64,000 nucleotides of DNA from a virus: the IMG/VR virus record IMGVR_UViG_3300023181_000029, positions 14,595 to 78,594 of that record. One strand, given 5' to 3'. Positions within the stretch are counted from its first letter, which is position 1. Each line of letters opens with the position of its first letter. The position numbers and the translations under genes are program-made. Below are positions 10,420-20,752 of this stretch, piece by piece. The notes beneath the pieces were generated by a model, which saw nothing but the letters and a program-made list of their open reading frames with translations, searched no databases and was not told the DNA's origin.

Positions 10420-11571
10420 ATGCCCCAGATACTACCTTATGAGTACATAGAGATAACCGCAGGTGGTGGCACTCTTAATCTTACCAACGATGATTATAAG
10501 TCTATATACATCGCTTTTGGGGATACTACTTTAACTTCATCATGGACGGTACAATTGAATGGCGAGGAAACGCCTACTGTTGGAACTGTCTTTCAGTTTA
10601 TATATAACGCCACTATAGTTCTTAATGGCAACTCAATAACTTTCTTTGGCAAGGATATAGATAACTTCGCTGATAAAGTTTGTAAGATTACCTGCGTGTA
10701 TGGGTTTGACGCTGATTTCGGCGACAATAAATGGAACGTAATAGTTAGCCCTGATTTTGAGGGCGTAGGGTTTATTGAAACAGAGGATATTGCTGATTCG
10801 GCGGTCACCACTGCGAAGCTAGCAGCTAATGCAGTAACCACAGTTAAAATAACAGACGCAAACGTCACAGTATCAAAACTTGCTACCGATTCTGTTACTA
10901 CTGTTAAAATCGTTGACGCAAACGTAACCGCTGCGAAACTAGCAAGTGACGCGGTAACAACAGTTAAGATACTTGATGCGAATGTAACGACAACTAAGAT
11001 TGCTGATTCCAATGTCACTACCGCAAAAATAGCTGACAGTAATATAACTACTGCGAAGATTAATGATTCAGCTGTAACTACAGGCAAGGTGGCTGATTTG
11101 GCTATTACTGGCGCTAAACTAGCAGATACGACAATTACAGTAGGTAAAATTGCATCGAACGCAGTAACCAATGTAAAGGTATTAGCGGATACATTGCAGC
11201 CATCCAAGTCAACCCAATTGGCGAGAACCGAAGTAATCACAGCCTTTGTAAGTTTCGAAACAGCAGAACAAGGCACTTACAAAGTGTATTGTCCGTATAA
11301 AGGCAACGTGACAAGCGCTGCATTTAGCGTAACAAAAGCGTTATCCAACACAGATGACGGCTCAATAATATTAAGGAATGACGCAGGAACCGTAATGACT
11401 GGCGGAACTCTGACAGTTCCATTATCTAGTGCAATAGGAACCAACATAGAGGTATCGCCAAGCGCCAATAACGCAGTTGACCCCGGCGACTATATTCAGA
11501 TGGTTATTTCAAAAACCACAGTAGGCGGCAAAGGAACAATATTCATAGGTATAGAAAGACAAGATAGCTAA
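10420..11571 (+). CDS. Fibre-like structural protein with 10-aa repeats
   Basis: About 13 copies of (A)DxxVTTxKI/L in the central region. Confidence 0.6.
   Translation: MPQILPYEYIEITAGGGTLNLTNDDYKSIYIAFGDTTLTSSWTVQLNGEETPTVGTVFQFIYNATIVLNGNSITFFGKDIDNFADKVCKITCVYGFDADFGDNKWNVIVSPDFEGVGFIETEDIADSAVTTAKLAANAVTTVKITDANVTVSKLATDSVTTVKIVDANVTAAKLASDAVTTVKILDANVTTTKIADSNVTTAKIADSNITTAKINDSAVTTGKVADLAITGAKLADTTITVGKIASNAVTNVKVLADTLQPSKSTQLARTEVITAFVSFETAEQGTYKVYCPYKGNVTSAAFSVTKALSNTDDGSIILRNDAGTVMTGGTLTVPLSSAIGTNIEVSPSANNAVDPGDYIQMVISKTTVGGKGTIFIGIERQDS
10792..11190 (+). repeat. Degenerate 30-bp coding tandem repeat (DSAVTTAKLA-like)
   Basis: Visible in the protein translation; DNA copies are diverged. 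Confidence 0.8.
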
Positions 11572-11577
11572 TGTACT

Positions 11578-12264
11578 ATGATAGATGTAAACAGCGTAAA
11601 ACTCCAAATAGATAATCTTTCTAAGAAAGACCAAGCTGGCTATTCTACTAAGGATGAATTTAACCTTGACCTAAACGCTGCGCAGACTTTCTTATTCCAA
11701 TACTTTTACAAGCAGTATCAGGATAGCCAAAATGTCGTTGATGCGCTTGAGCCATTTCTTTTAGACGTTCAATTACCGGTTGCTATAGATGGGCGTGTTG
11801 ATTACCCAGTAGATTACGCGCATTGGGCAGGCATGTATTTTAGGATGGTTAAAAATAACCCATGTAAAGACCCTACGGTATCATGGTTGCCTATTGACCT
11901 AATGATGGCAAATGAGTTTGCGTACACGATGTCTAACTCAATTCGTAAGCCTAGCATTGAAAACGAGATACTTCGCTACAGAGCGGTTAATAACGCCATG
12001 TTTGTGTACCCGAATAACCTTAAGAATATTAAGTTGGTGTATTTTAGGAAGCCAATTGACGCGCTATGGAATACTATTACAGTAGTTACACCAACAGAGG
12101 ACATAGAAGAATACGACCCTGCGACATCTATTCAATTAGAATGGAACAAAGAGCAGGAGCAGGATTTCGTGGATATAATGCTATTCTTACGAGGCATAGA
12201 AATACGCGAAACAGCATTGATACAGTTTGTTAAGCTAAAACAGAAAGAGGGTATCGTTAATTAA
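11578..12264 (+). CDS. Tail ring/adaptor protein 1
   Basis: 228 aa; KDQAGY..EFN N-terminus and LVYFRKP motif; lies before the nozzle gene. Confidence 0.6.
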   Translation: MIDVNSVKLQIDNLSKKDQAGYSTKDEFNLDLNAAQTFLFQYFYKQYQDSQNVVDALEPFLLDVQLPVAIDGRVDYPVDYAHWAGMYFRMVKNNPCKDPTVSWLPIDLMMANEFAYTMSNSIRKPSIENEILRYRAVNNAMFVYPNNLKNIKLVYFRKPIDALWNTITVVTPTEDIEEYDPATSIQLEWNKEQEQDFVDIMLFLRGIEIRETALIQFVKLKQKEGIVN

Positions 12265-12266
12265 TT

Positions 12267-12884
12267 ATGGGCTACACTAAGCGCGAACTGGCAGACCAGA
12301 TACTATTAAAGGTCAACGGCGGCAAACCGTCGCAGGATACCCGTGTGCGCCGTGAAGACATCTACAAGTATGTTCCGGCAGCAGTTAATTACGCGATGAC
12401 TAAGCAGTACTACATCAATAGTCAAGATGGGTACAAGCAATTACCCGATGATTTCATAGCTACTTATGAATCAGTGCCAGTTCAATTTAATGCCGCGCGT
12501 GAACTATACTACGTGCAGTTACCAGCGCGAATAATATCATTACCTAGGAATATTGGGTTAGATACTATTAGCCCAATGAAAGGGTTTACTAACTTCGTTG
12601 AAACGTCATTTTCATCACGTCAATTAGATTCATATTCACTAAAACACATGGCTGACCAAGTGTTGTATTGGATAGAGTTTGATAAGGTTTACTTTGAACA
12701 GTTGTCGGATTTGGTTACTGAGTTACTTGTTCGAATGATTGCAAGTGTTGATGACCTAAGCCCTGACGACCAATTACCGATACCGCCGGGTATGGAGGTA
12801 GAAGTGCTGAAAATAGTAGAGGAATTTTTCCTTGAGCAGAGAAAGATACCAGCGGATACATTGGATAACAATAATAACAACTAA
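12267..12884 (+). CDS. Tail ring/adaptor protein 2
   Basis: 205 aa; second of three similarly sized genes before the nozzle. Confidence 0.55.
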   Translation: MGYTKRELADQILLKVNGGKPSQDTRVRREDIYKYVPAAVNYAMTKQYYINSQDGYKQLPDDFIATYESVPVQFNAARELYYVQLPARIISLPRNIGLDTISPMKGFTNFVETSFSSRQLDSYSLKHMADQVLYWIEFDKVYFEQLSDLVTELLVRMIASVDDLSPDDQLPIPPGMEVEVLKIVEEFFLEQRKIPADTLDNNNNN

Positions 12885-13633
12885 TGCTGACGCTAGACGA
12901 ATTGGTGCGAAATGTATGCGAGGAATCGGGGGATACTAAGTTTAAAATGTATCCTAAGTTTCTCAGGTTAGCGATACGCTGCTATCGTGACTTAGGGCTA
13001 TTTGTGATACCTACCATAAAATCCGTAGAGTTACCAATAAATAACAATAATACTGTAGACCTTCCGGCTGATTTTATATACCTAAATAAGGTAGGTATTT
13101 GCTGTGGTGGGCGCATTGTGACGTTATCGGTAGACGACTCGTTGTGTATCCCAGAAGAATTATGTTCGTGTGCTGATATAAACGAAGAAATTTCACACGT
13201 TAACGGGTGCTGTACTGGCGCAATCAACCCTAGTGGCACCACTGCCTTTTACGGGTGGAATGGTGGCTACGGCGAGCTATATGGACTAGGCGCAGGATAC
13301 AACTGTTTAGGGTATTATCGTTTTGATAAAGAGAACCAAAGATTAATACTTAATTCGGGCTATCCAAATCAGCTGAAGCCCACTATAATTGTAGAGTATA
13401 AGGCTGACGGAACCGCGAATGGGGTAAGATACGTACCAGCGGAGGCGCAGGAAACAATAATTGCTTGGATAAACTATAAACACTTTCTGCAAAGCAACAG
13501 GGGTGTATCTGAATCGGAGTGGTACAAATACACCATTAACTACGATAAACTCATTAAGCTATACGGCTCAATGAATATGGAGGACTGGCATCATACAGTA
13601 TTGCAAACCATCAAATCCTCACCTAAAAGGTAA
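12884..13633 (+). CDS. Tail ring/tube protein 3 with Cys-rich insertion
   Basis: TVDLPADFIYLNKV and IIVEYKADG motifs; CCGG, CSC and GCC insert. Confidence 0.6.
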   Translation: MLTLDELVRNVCEESGDTKFKMYPKFLRLAIRCYRDLGLFVIPTIKSVELPINNNNTVDLPADFIYLNKVGICCGGRIVTLSVDDSLCIPEELCSCADINEEISHVNGCCTGAINPSGTTAFYGWNGGYGELYGLGAGYNCLGYYRFDKENQRLILNSGYPNQLKPTIIVEYKADGTANGVRYVPAEAQETIIAWINYKHFLQSNRGVSESEWYKYTINYDKLIKLYGSMNMEDWHHTVLQTIKSSPKR

Positions 13634-16600
13634 TGGCTAAAGAACACCAATCAAGTAAAAATGAGTTCAAGGGTGGACTGGATTACGATAGCGACAAGCT
13701 AACTATAAGTCCAGACAACTATACTTATGGGCTTAATATCCGCAATGGTGTAGCAGGTAAAGGAAAATTCGGAAGAATAACCAATGTCAAGGGTAATGCT
13801 AAGGTTAATTACTTATTGCCGGGCGGTATAAATAAATGTATCGGCTCGTATGAATACACCCCTACTGACCAAGTATTTTACTTCGTTTACAATTCTAATG
13901 CAAATCACACGATATTAAGATACGATGGTGCTTCTATAATTGAGGTAATGCGTTTTGATTTTGGCTGGACGGAAGACCAAAAGATAACCCATATTGATTT
14001 AGTTGATGGCAAGCTATTGTATTGGGTAGACCCCAAACCGCGTAAAATAAACATCGAGAAAGCCATCAATGTCGGCAAGAAGAAAAAGTGGAATTGGTAC
14101 CTAATAGGCGACATAGTTAGATTACAAATAACCGACGAACAAGGTACAGTTTCTGATTTGGATTTTAATGTACCGGCGACTACATTAGAATCCATAGTAG
14201 ATACCTTAAATTTTATTCCGGTATTTAACCGTGGACTTGCCGCAACTCTATGTAGCGGCAAAGTAGAAATCGAGCAACTGACCGCTGACAACGGGTACAA
14301 TATAGAGGGGCAGTTAGAGTCTATTGTTGTTGCCCAGAACTTTTACTCAGAGATATTTGAAGAAACTGTTTATCGCGGCAAGTACCCGTTTCCATGTTTT
14401 CCCAACGTAGCGTTACGAAGAAACAACGATGTTACCTATAATTATATTGAGCAGCGAATATTCCAATTCAGAACCTCTATAGTTTATGACGATTATGACT
14501 ACTCTGTAATGAGTGCCATATCTGATATAACCGTTGATAGCTGCAAAACAGGACACAATTATATTGAGGTCGATTTCACAATAGGTAAACTTAACGACCC
14601 GGCTCAATTAGAAATAGTGCGCGCAGTCAAATTATATGTTCGCGAAATAGCCGACATGGACACTACCTATGCTAATGCACCGTGGAAACTTGTTAAAGAA
14701 ATAACCCAAGGCGAATTATGGGACTATTCAAATCAATTAGGTACAAATACTTTTGACTTCTATAACGATTCCACTTACACCGTTATAGATGAAGCGTACT
14801 CCACTAAACAGTATGATGCACTCGGTATAGAAATTCAATGCTCTGAATTTACCGACAATAGGTTAGTTGACGCTAATTTTACAGAAAACTATGAGCAACC
14901 GTGTAATAACGATACTATTGACGTAGAGTTTCTCCCGAAAGAAAACCCGAATCGCTTTAATATAGAGGGCGTAATAAGAGTAGCAAGCGCGGCTCAATTT
15001 AGGGGGCCAGTAATATCGAATAGTGGTCGCATAGGGGCTATATACAGGACTGGTGAAAACCTATTTAATGAGGTTGATATTCCGGTTTTTGGCGGCGCTG
15101 ATTCGCATAACATACTTGAATGGACTGGCGCTGGCGCTTATCAATATTTACCAGAGGGCGGATGGCCTATATATGTAGCCGGAACTGACTTGCTTACTAT
15201 TAGTAAACAGAGAAAAATAACCAATCTCTCATACCTGCCTAACGGAGTTATTGACGCTACGGCCGCTGGCTCTCAGGATGAATTAAAGGGGTGGTATAGC
15301 GATTACGAGGATGGCATTCAGACTGGCAATATGCTTTCTGACTTTAAATTAGAAGGAGTGCCGTCTGGTCGATATGTTATACGGCTTGGTTCTCACAATT
15401 GTTCTTTTGGCGACAAGCTAGGATTTGGGCGGTTATACGACCTCAATAACAATTTAGGGTACCAAAGAACCAGTACACATGTTTACGGCATTTTCGACCC
15501 TGATAACAATTACAACCAGATAGGCGATACCGAAATGGTAATCCAAATAGCCGACAATGGTGATTACGAGTTAAGCTCTCCGGGGTATGGTGCTATAAGA
15601 ACAGGCAATATTCCTTCTGGCGGCTCTGTGTTTATCGGCGACTATATAGTTATGGATTTAACGGAGCCTGCAAATTATTACGATTCAGCGGATGACGATA
15701 AGCAAAACTATATCACTGGGTACTTGTATGATGGCGGCGGCGTAGGAACCTTACAGGAAGTGGCGGCAGGCACACCAATAGAGCGACAAGTAATTCAGTT
15801 GGATGCCGGAACCAATCAGGCAAGCGAGGGCGTAATACAGCCGCTAAGACGGCTAATAACAGACCATAACGGGTTCTTCTTCTTTGGTACTTTTTATGGC
15901 GGTAAGAAAACGTCTGATTCTAATTTGTTTTCTTATATCCAGTTACGGGCTTATGGGGCGTCACAAATCAATATCAAAACGGCACTTGACGGGCATATCG
16001 TTGGTAACCTTGACCAATTATTTAATCTAACCGCCGTTCCTGATAATAGTGGCTTTATAGAGGTTCAAGATAAAATTCACACCTCTTCTGTAATATATAA
16101 CGCAAACCAAAGTTTTTATAACCAACAAAGAACCGTTGTCCAAGGGACTATTATTGACAACACGGGTAACGGTGTAGATGGTGTTTCTGTCGTGTTAACC
16201 AGAACGTCGCGCTCACAGGATACAGACATGAATGGCGACTATTCTATAGTGGCTTACTCTCAGGCTTATTCCCCTAATGCCGGCGGGTATTTATTCGGTG
16301 AGCCTCAATTTTCACCTAATAACACTGGCGGTAATTTTCCCGGCCCCGGTATTCCTGTTCCTGCAATAGATGGTATATTTAAAAGGACTTTGGATTACCT
16401 GATATTTAATACAGGCATTGATTGTCCAGTAGTTTATACTAACGGCGATAATTACTTTGTTTACGAGGTTGATATTACATACCCACTTTATAACAATACT
16501 ACGCCGTACCCTATTTCCGATATAGTGTTCAACCGCCCTGTTTCTTATTTAAAGAAATATTTAAAGAGTGGCGGAAGCTATTCTTTCGCAGAGTTATGGG

Positions 16601-18486
16601 TGGACGACATGAATAGGCGTTGTTCAATCAGCACCAAGACTGACTTTGACAAATATATCCCATTTATTACTGAGGACGTAAATAAATACTACCCGAATAT
16701 ACCGTCGCAGCAGGCAGAAGGGTCGTTTAAATTAACGCTTAACCTTAACGGCTCGCCGCCTGATTGGGCAGTAAAGCTATATATTCTAAGAACCAAGAAC
16801 GCCAACTATAATGCGTATCTGCAATTTCCAGTTACGCAAATAAAGTATGCCTACGGATACGATTCAGATGATGATTCTATATTCGAAACTACTTATCAGA
16901 ACAGGGATGCGAACCTAATATTTATTGATTTACTGGGTGCGCTTAAGAATTACAAAGAGTATAACGCGGGTTCTAATAAGAATTGGGTATTTGAGGAAGG
17001 CGACAGAATTCGATTCATAAGAACCTCTGATGGGCAATTGTTTGACAGGCTTATTGATTTGCCTATACGCCAGCAAGTAGGCGATTACTATGTCATAGAG
17101 GCCGTAGATGACTTGCCGGAGTTAAAGCCGGGCACCCTAATAGAAATATTCAACCCTAAACTAAAGACGGATACCGATTTATTCTTTGAAATACCTATTT
17201 GCGTAGACATAGTAAATGGTCAATACGCCGTAAATTCAGTTGAATTAATTACTGGCGACACCTACCGCAGAGGACGGAGCGTTACAGTTGATGGCGTTGG
17301 TGGTATAAGAAGCGCTATAGAAGACGCTGCGCTATCAGATTTTTATGCATCTACTGTGCAGGATATAGGGCGCATCAACTTTGAAGACGATTCATTTGGC
17401 AGGTTAAATAGAACACAAGCATTACGTTACTCGAATCAATACGTATCCGATACTAAGATTAATGGATTATCTTCATTTGAAGGCGCAAACGTTATTCAGT
17501 TAGAGTATCAATACGGCGCGATAAATTTCTTAACTAACACTTCTGATAATAATTATCGAGAGGTTCTGTTAGCTATTTGCTCAAACAGGGTAGCTAGTAT
17601 TTATGTTGGTGAGGTATTGTATTCTGATGTGCAAGGTGACGCCTTTATCGCTACTTCTGATAAAGTACTAGGTACTAATAGGATGATGCTAGGGGAGTAT
17701 GGCACAGTAAATCCAGAATCAGTAGTAGTGCTAGATGGCAACGTTTGGTTTTGGGACGGGATAAGAGGCAGATTTATAAAATACTCAGTAAACGGGCTTA
17801 ATCCTATTTCCGATTACTTCATGGCTTCATACGCACAGGAAAAGTTACGTCAATACACAGGGCTTAATTATAAAGTAGACGGCGTATATGATAGGTATTA
17901 TCGTGATGTGATTTGGACATTCTCAGCAACAGAAGAAATACCGGCAGAAACCTTAGCGTTCAACGAGATTAAAAACCTATGGACTTCATTCTTTTCATTT
18001 ACGCCGGAAGAATATTCTACTTTGAACGACAAAGTGATTTCATTCCTGAATGGAGAATTATGGGTGCATGATACCAATGAAACGCGCGATAACTTTTACG
18101 GTATACAATACACTTCACAGGTTAAATTCGTGCATAATCTTAACCCGTACCAATTGAAATTATTCTACTCATTCAGAGAGAATGCGAATAAGAAATGGTA
18201 CCTACCTGACATTACCACTATACCAAATAGTTCGTATCCGGTGGGCATGAAGTCGAGGGTTAAAAAGAACAACATAGGGTTGTATGAAGGTGACTTCTGG
18301 GCTGAATTTTTACGCGATATGAACGACCCTGCATTCTACAATCAGCCACAAGTAAATGCTTTACTAAGAGGCAGGATGTTGCGAGGCGGGATGCTAGAAA
18401 TACTATTGGAGAACGACGACACTACTGATGCTGATTTGAAATACTTTGAGGTCTACAGTTATCCATCAGACCAAACTAATCCGTAA
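13633..18486 (+). CDS. Tail nozzle/muzzle (P22 gp10-like stabilisation) protein
   Basis: 1617 aa; N-terminal FKGGLDYDSD...NIR...NVKGN and LLYWVD..PRKINI; C-terminal GEYGTVNPES, GLNPISD..M and WTSFFSFTPE propeller motifs. Confidence 0.8.
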   Translation: MAKEHQSSKNEFKGGLDYDSDKLTISPDNYTYGLNIRNGVAGKGKFGRITNVKGNAKVNYLLPGGINKCIGSYEYTPTDQVFYFVYNSNANHTILRYDGASIIEVMRFDFGWTEDQKITHIDLVDGKLLYWVDPKPRKINIEKAINVGKKKKWNWYLIGDIVRLQITDEQGTVSDLDFNVPATTLESIVDTLNFIPVFNRGLAATLCSGKVEIEQLTADNGYNIEGQLESIVVAQNFYSEIFEETVYRGKYPFPCFPNVALRRNNDVTYNYIEQRIFQFRTSIVYDDYDYSVMSAISDITVDSCKTGHNYIEVDFTIGKLNDPAQLEIVRAVKLYVREIADMDTTYANAPWKLVKEITQGELWDYSNQLGTNTFDFYNDSTYTVIDEAYSTKQYDALGIEIQCSEFTDNRLVDANFTENYEQPCNNDTIDVEFLPKENPNRFNIEGVIRVASAAQFRGPVISNSGRIGAIYRTGENLFNEVDIPVFGGADSHNILEWTGAGAYQYLPEGGWPIYVAGTDLLTISKQRKITNLSYLPNGVIDATAAGSQDELKGWYSDYEDGIQTGNMLSDFKLEGVPSGRYVIRLGSHNCSFGDKLGFGRLYDLNNNLGYQRTSTHVYGIFDPDNNYNQIGDTEMVIQIADNGDYELSSPGYGAIRTGNIPSGGSVFIGDYIVMDLTEPANYYDSADDDKQNYITGYLYDGGGVGTLQEVAAGTPIERQVIQLDAGTNQASEGVIQPLRRLITDHNGFFFFGTFYGGKKTSDSNLFSYIQLRAYGASQINIKTALDGHIVGNLDQLFNLTAVPDNSGFIEVQDKIHTSSVIYNANQSFYNQQRTVVQGTIIDNTGNGVDGVSVVLTRTSRSQDTDMNGDYSIVAYSQAYSPNAGGYLFGEPQFSPNNTGGNFPGPGIPVPAIDGIFKRTLDYLIFNTGIDCPVVYTNGDNYFVYEVDITYPLYNNTTPYPISDIVFNRPVSYLKKYLKSGGSYSFAELWVDDMNRRCSISTKTDFDKYIPFITEDVNKYYPNIPSQQAEGSFKLTLNLNGSPPDWAVKLYILRTKNANYNAYLQFPVTQIKYAYGYDSDDDSIFETTYQNRDANLIFIDLLGALKNYKEYNAGSNKNWVFEEGDRIRFIRTSDGQLFDRLIDLPIRQQVGDYYVIEAVDDLPELKPGTLIEIFNPKLKTDTDLFFEIPICVDIVNGQYAVNSVELITGDTYRRGRSVTVDGVGGIRSAIEDAALSDFYASTVQDIGRINFEDDSFGRLNRTQALRYSNQYVSDTKINGLSSFEGANVIQLEYQYGAINFLTNTSDNNYREVLLAICSNRVASIYVGEVLYSDVQGDAFIATSDKVLGTNRMMLGEYGTVNPESVVVLDGNVWFWDGIRGRFIKYSVNGLNPISDYFMASYAQEKLRQYTGLNYKVDGVYDRYYRDVIWTFSATEEIPAETLAFNEIKNLWTSFFSFTPEEYSTLNDKVISFLNGELWVHDTNETRDNFYGIQYTSQVKFVHNLNPYQLKLFYSFRENANKKWYLPDITTIPNSSYPVGMKSRVKKNNIGLYEGDFWAEFLRDMNDPAFYNQPQVNALLRGRMLRGGMLEILLENDDTTDADLKYFEVYSYPSDQTNP

Positions 18487-18506
18487 AATAACTATATTTA
18501 CAGTGT

Positions 18507-19316
18507 ATGATTCCTATCATGGCAATAATGGGCGCTGCTCAAGGCGCAATGCAACTTATACAGGGCGTTAAGCAAGGTAACCAAGCTGATGCTTTAAAAG
18601 CAGGCAATAAGCGTCCTGTAATGGGTATTCCTAAAGGCATAAAGCAGGCGGAGAACATCTACCAGAATAACGCCTATGGTACAAGATTGCCGGGTCAAGG
18701 CTATTTAGAGAATCAGCTACAGCAATCTACCGCTAACGGAATGAGGGCTATAAGTGAAACAGCACAAGACCCTGCGTCTAAACTGGCGGCAATATCCTCA
18801 CTATACGGCAATCAAATGGCGGCTCAGGATAAAATAGGTTTTGAGGCAGCAAATAACTACTATGGTAATCAACAGAACCTTGCTCAGTTTCTAGGCGGCA
18901 CAAAGGCTAATGCTGAAAGAGAGGTGTTTGATTACAACGCGATAAAGCCTTACGAAGAAACAGCAGCAGCAGCAAGCGCATTGGAAGGTGCAAGTCTACA
19001 GAATAAATACAAGGGAACGTCGGGACTACTGGGTTCTATAGGGGGTGTAGCGGGATTAGGTATTAATAACGCAGTAGATAAAAATGTTTACGGCGCGATG
19101 TATAGGAAGCAAAACCCTAACGCTACTCAGCAAGACATTAATCAGGCATTCATGTCAAGCAAAAGATATGGCACTAACACCCTAAGTTCACAGAGAGCAA
19201 GCGGTGGTGGCGACAGGTCAATATACGATAAGTATTTTGGTAAGAAAGACGACGGATTTAGCTTTGAGGACATGTACAATACAAATTATCAATCCGCAAC
19301 CCCATACATACGCTAA
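18507..19316 (+). CDS. Ejection/pilot protein 1
   Basis: G/A/Q-rich with hydrophobic N-terminus; directly after the nozzle. Confidence 0.6.
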   Translation: MIPIMAIMGAAQGAMQLIQGVKQGNQADALKAGNKRPVMGIPKGIKQAENIYQNNAYGTRLPGQGYLENQLQQSTANGMRAISETAQDPASKLAAISSLYGNQMAAQDKIGFEAANNYYGNQQNLAQFLGGTKANAEREVFDYNAIKPYEETAAAASALEGASLQNKYKGTSGLLGSIGGVAGLGINNAVDKNVYGAMYRKQNPNATQQDINQAFMSSKRYGTNTLSSQRASGGGDRSIYDKYFGKKDDGFSFEDMYNTNYQSATPYIR

Positions 19317-20752
19317 TGGCAGACGGAAAAGAAATAGTGTATAGAGGGCTTGAGGGCACAGGCGCAGCTCAGATATACGACAACAACCTTGTCGATAGAG
19401 GGCTTGACGAAATCGCTAAGGAAGATGCGCGTAATAATGCGTGGCGACAGAAAGTAGGTCAGGAAATGAAACCTAAGCCCGTAGGTAAACTACCTAATTA
19501 TAAGATAGATTACACAGCCAAAGACCAGCAATTCCTGCTTGGTGTAGACAATGATATTAAAACCCATCTGGCTAAAAACATCAATCTTGTTACTGACCCG
19601 AACAATCAGGAATATTGGGATGGGCAGAAGCTAATGCAACTAGGCATATCATATGGAGCCAAAGCAAAGGAAAATGAAGCCACGTATAATGCAATGGTCA
19701 ATGATGTAAGCGCTAATCCAACTAAATTTAAAGACGGCGCAATCGACGAACTTAATGCGTGGTATGATGTGCCGCTTGACCAACGTCCGGCTAAACCACC
19801 TGTATTGTATAAGGGTGCTACATACGACCCTATAGAGTTCTCAAAAAAGATGAATACCATTATCACTAACCCTGATGTGGTAGATTCTTATGGGATGGAT
19901 AATAACCTAGGGGCAATAGTTACCAATAAATCCACCGAATATTCATTGCCACGAAAGATAGCATACGGCGCAATAGCGGGAAAGGATAAAATGTTCCGCG
20001 ATACTTACGAGCCTATCTATGAGGCGCTGCCGGACGATAAAAAACAATCGCTTCAAAAGAAAGCTGATGAAGCTAATAAAAAGGCAGGCGTAGATACATT
20101 TACGCCGTTTGACGTGTTCGCTGCTCAACAAACAGAAGTTGCGTCACAATTCAATAAGACACAGGATAAGGGTGTCCAATTCCTGCCTAAAGATATGCGA
20201 GGCGGCGGTTCTGGTAACAAGGAAGCAGCACAAACTTTTGCTATGAGGGTTAAGCAGATGATGACTGGTTCGCCTGAAATGTACGGGCAGATGGGTACCC
20301 CAAGCGTGGTATCTCCTACTTTAATGGGCGGTGCGCCTACTGTTACTGAAAGAGGAGAAACCCTTGAGTTCCTTAATGGTATGACCATAGGCGAAAAAGC
20401 TGATAGTGAAGGTAAGATTGTCAAAGAGGTCATTACTAAAATTGAGTACAAGAATGGGAAGCCTTATGTTTATACTAACAGGGACACAGACGGCAAGCCA
20501 ATATCAAACCCGCTTGACCTATTACAGAACCTACGAGTTAAAAACAGCGGCTCAAAGGATATGATAGATGAAACTATTAAAATCCTGAAAGAAGACGGCT
20601 CACTGGATAGTAATGATACATGGAATAGCGGCGATACAAAATCAGTTCCTAAATCAACTATCAAGAACCTAGTCGGCAAGAAAGGCTACGAAGGGTACAC
20701 TGAACAAGAATTAATCGAATATTACAAGTCACAAGGATATAACGTAGAATAA
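19316..20752 (+). CDS. Ejection/internal virion protein 2
   Basis: 478 aa helical protein, translationally coupled to both neighbours. Confidence 0.5.
   Translation: MADGKEIVYRGLEGTGAAQIYDNNLVDRGLDEIAKEDARNNAWRQKVGQEMKPKPVGKLPNYKIDYTAKDQQFLLGVDNDIKTHLAKNINLVTDPNNQEYWDGQKLMQLGISYGAKAKENEATYNAMVNDVSANPTKFKDGAIDELNAWYDVPLDQRPAKPPVLYKGATYDPIEFSKKMNTIITNPDVVDSYGMDNNLGAIVTNKSTEYSLPRKIAYGAIAGKDKMFRDTYEPIYEALPDDKKQSLQKKADEANKKAGVDTFTPFDVFAAQQTEVASQFNKTQDKGVQFLPKDMRGGGSGNKEAAQTFAMRVKQMMTGSPEMYGQMGTPSVVSPTLMGGAPTVTERGETLEFLNGMTIGEKADSEGKIVKEVITKIEYKNGKPYVYTNRDTDGKPISNPLDLLQNLRVKNSGSKDMIDETIKILKEDGSLDSNDTWNSGDTKSVPKSTIKNLVGKKGYEGYTEQELIEYYKSQGYNVE

Noticed and set aside
10593-11276. 227-aa antisense ORF
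   Set aside because: Shadow of the 10-aa repeat gene on the plus strand; low complexity explains the lack of stops.
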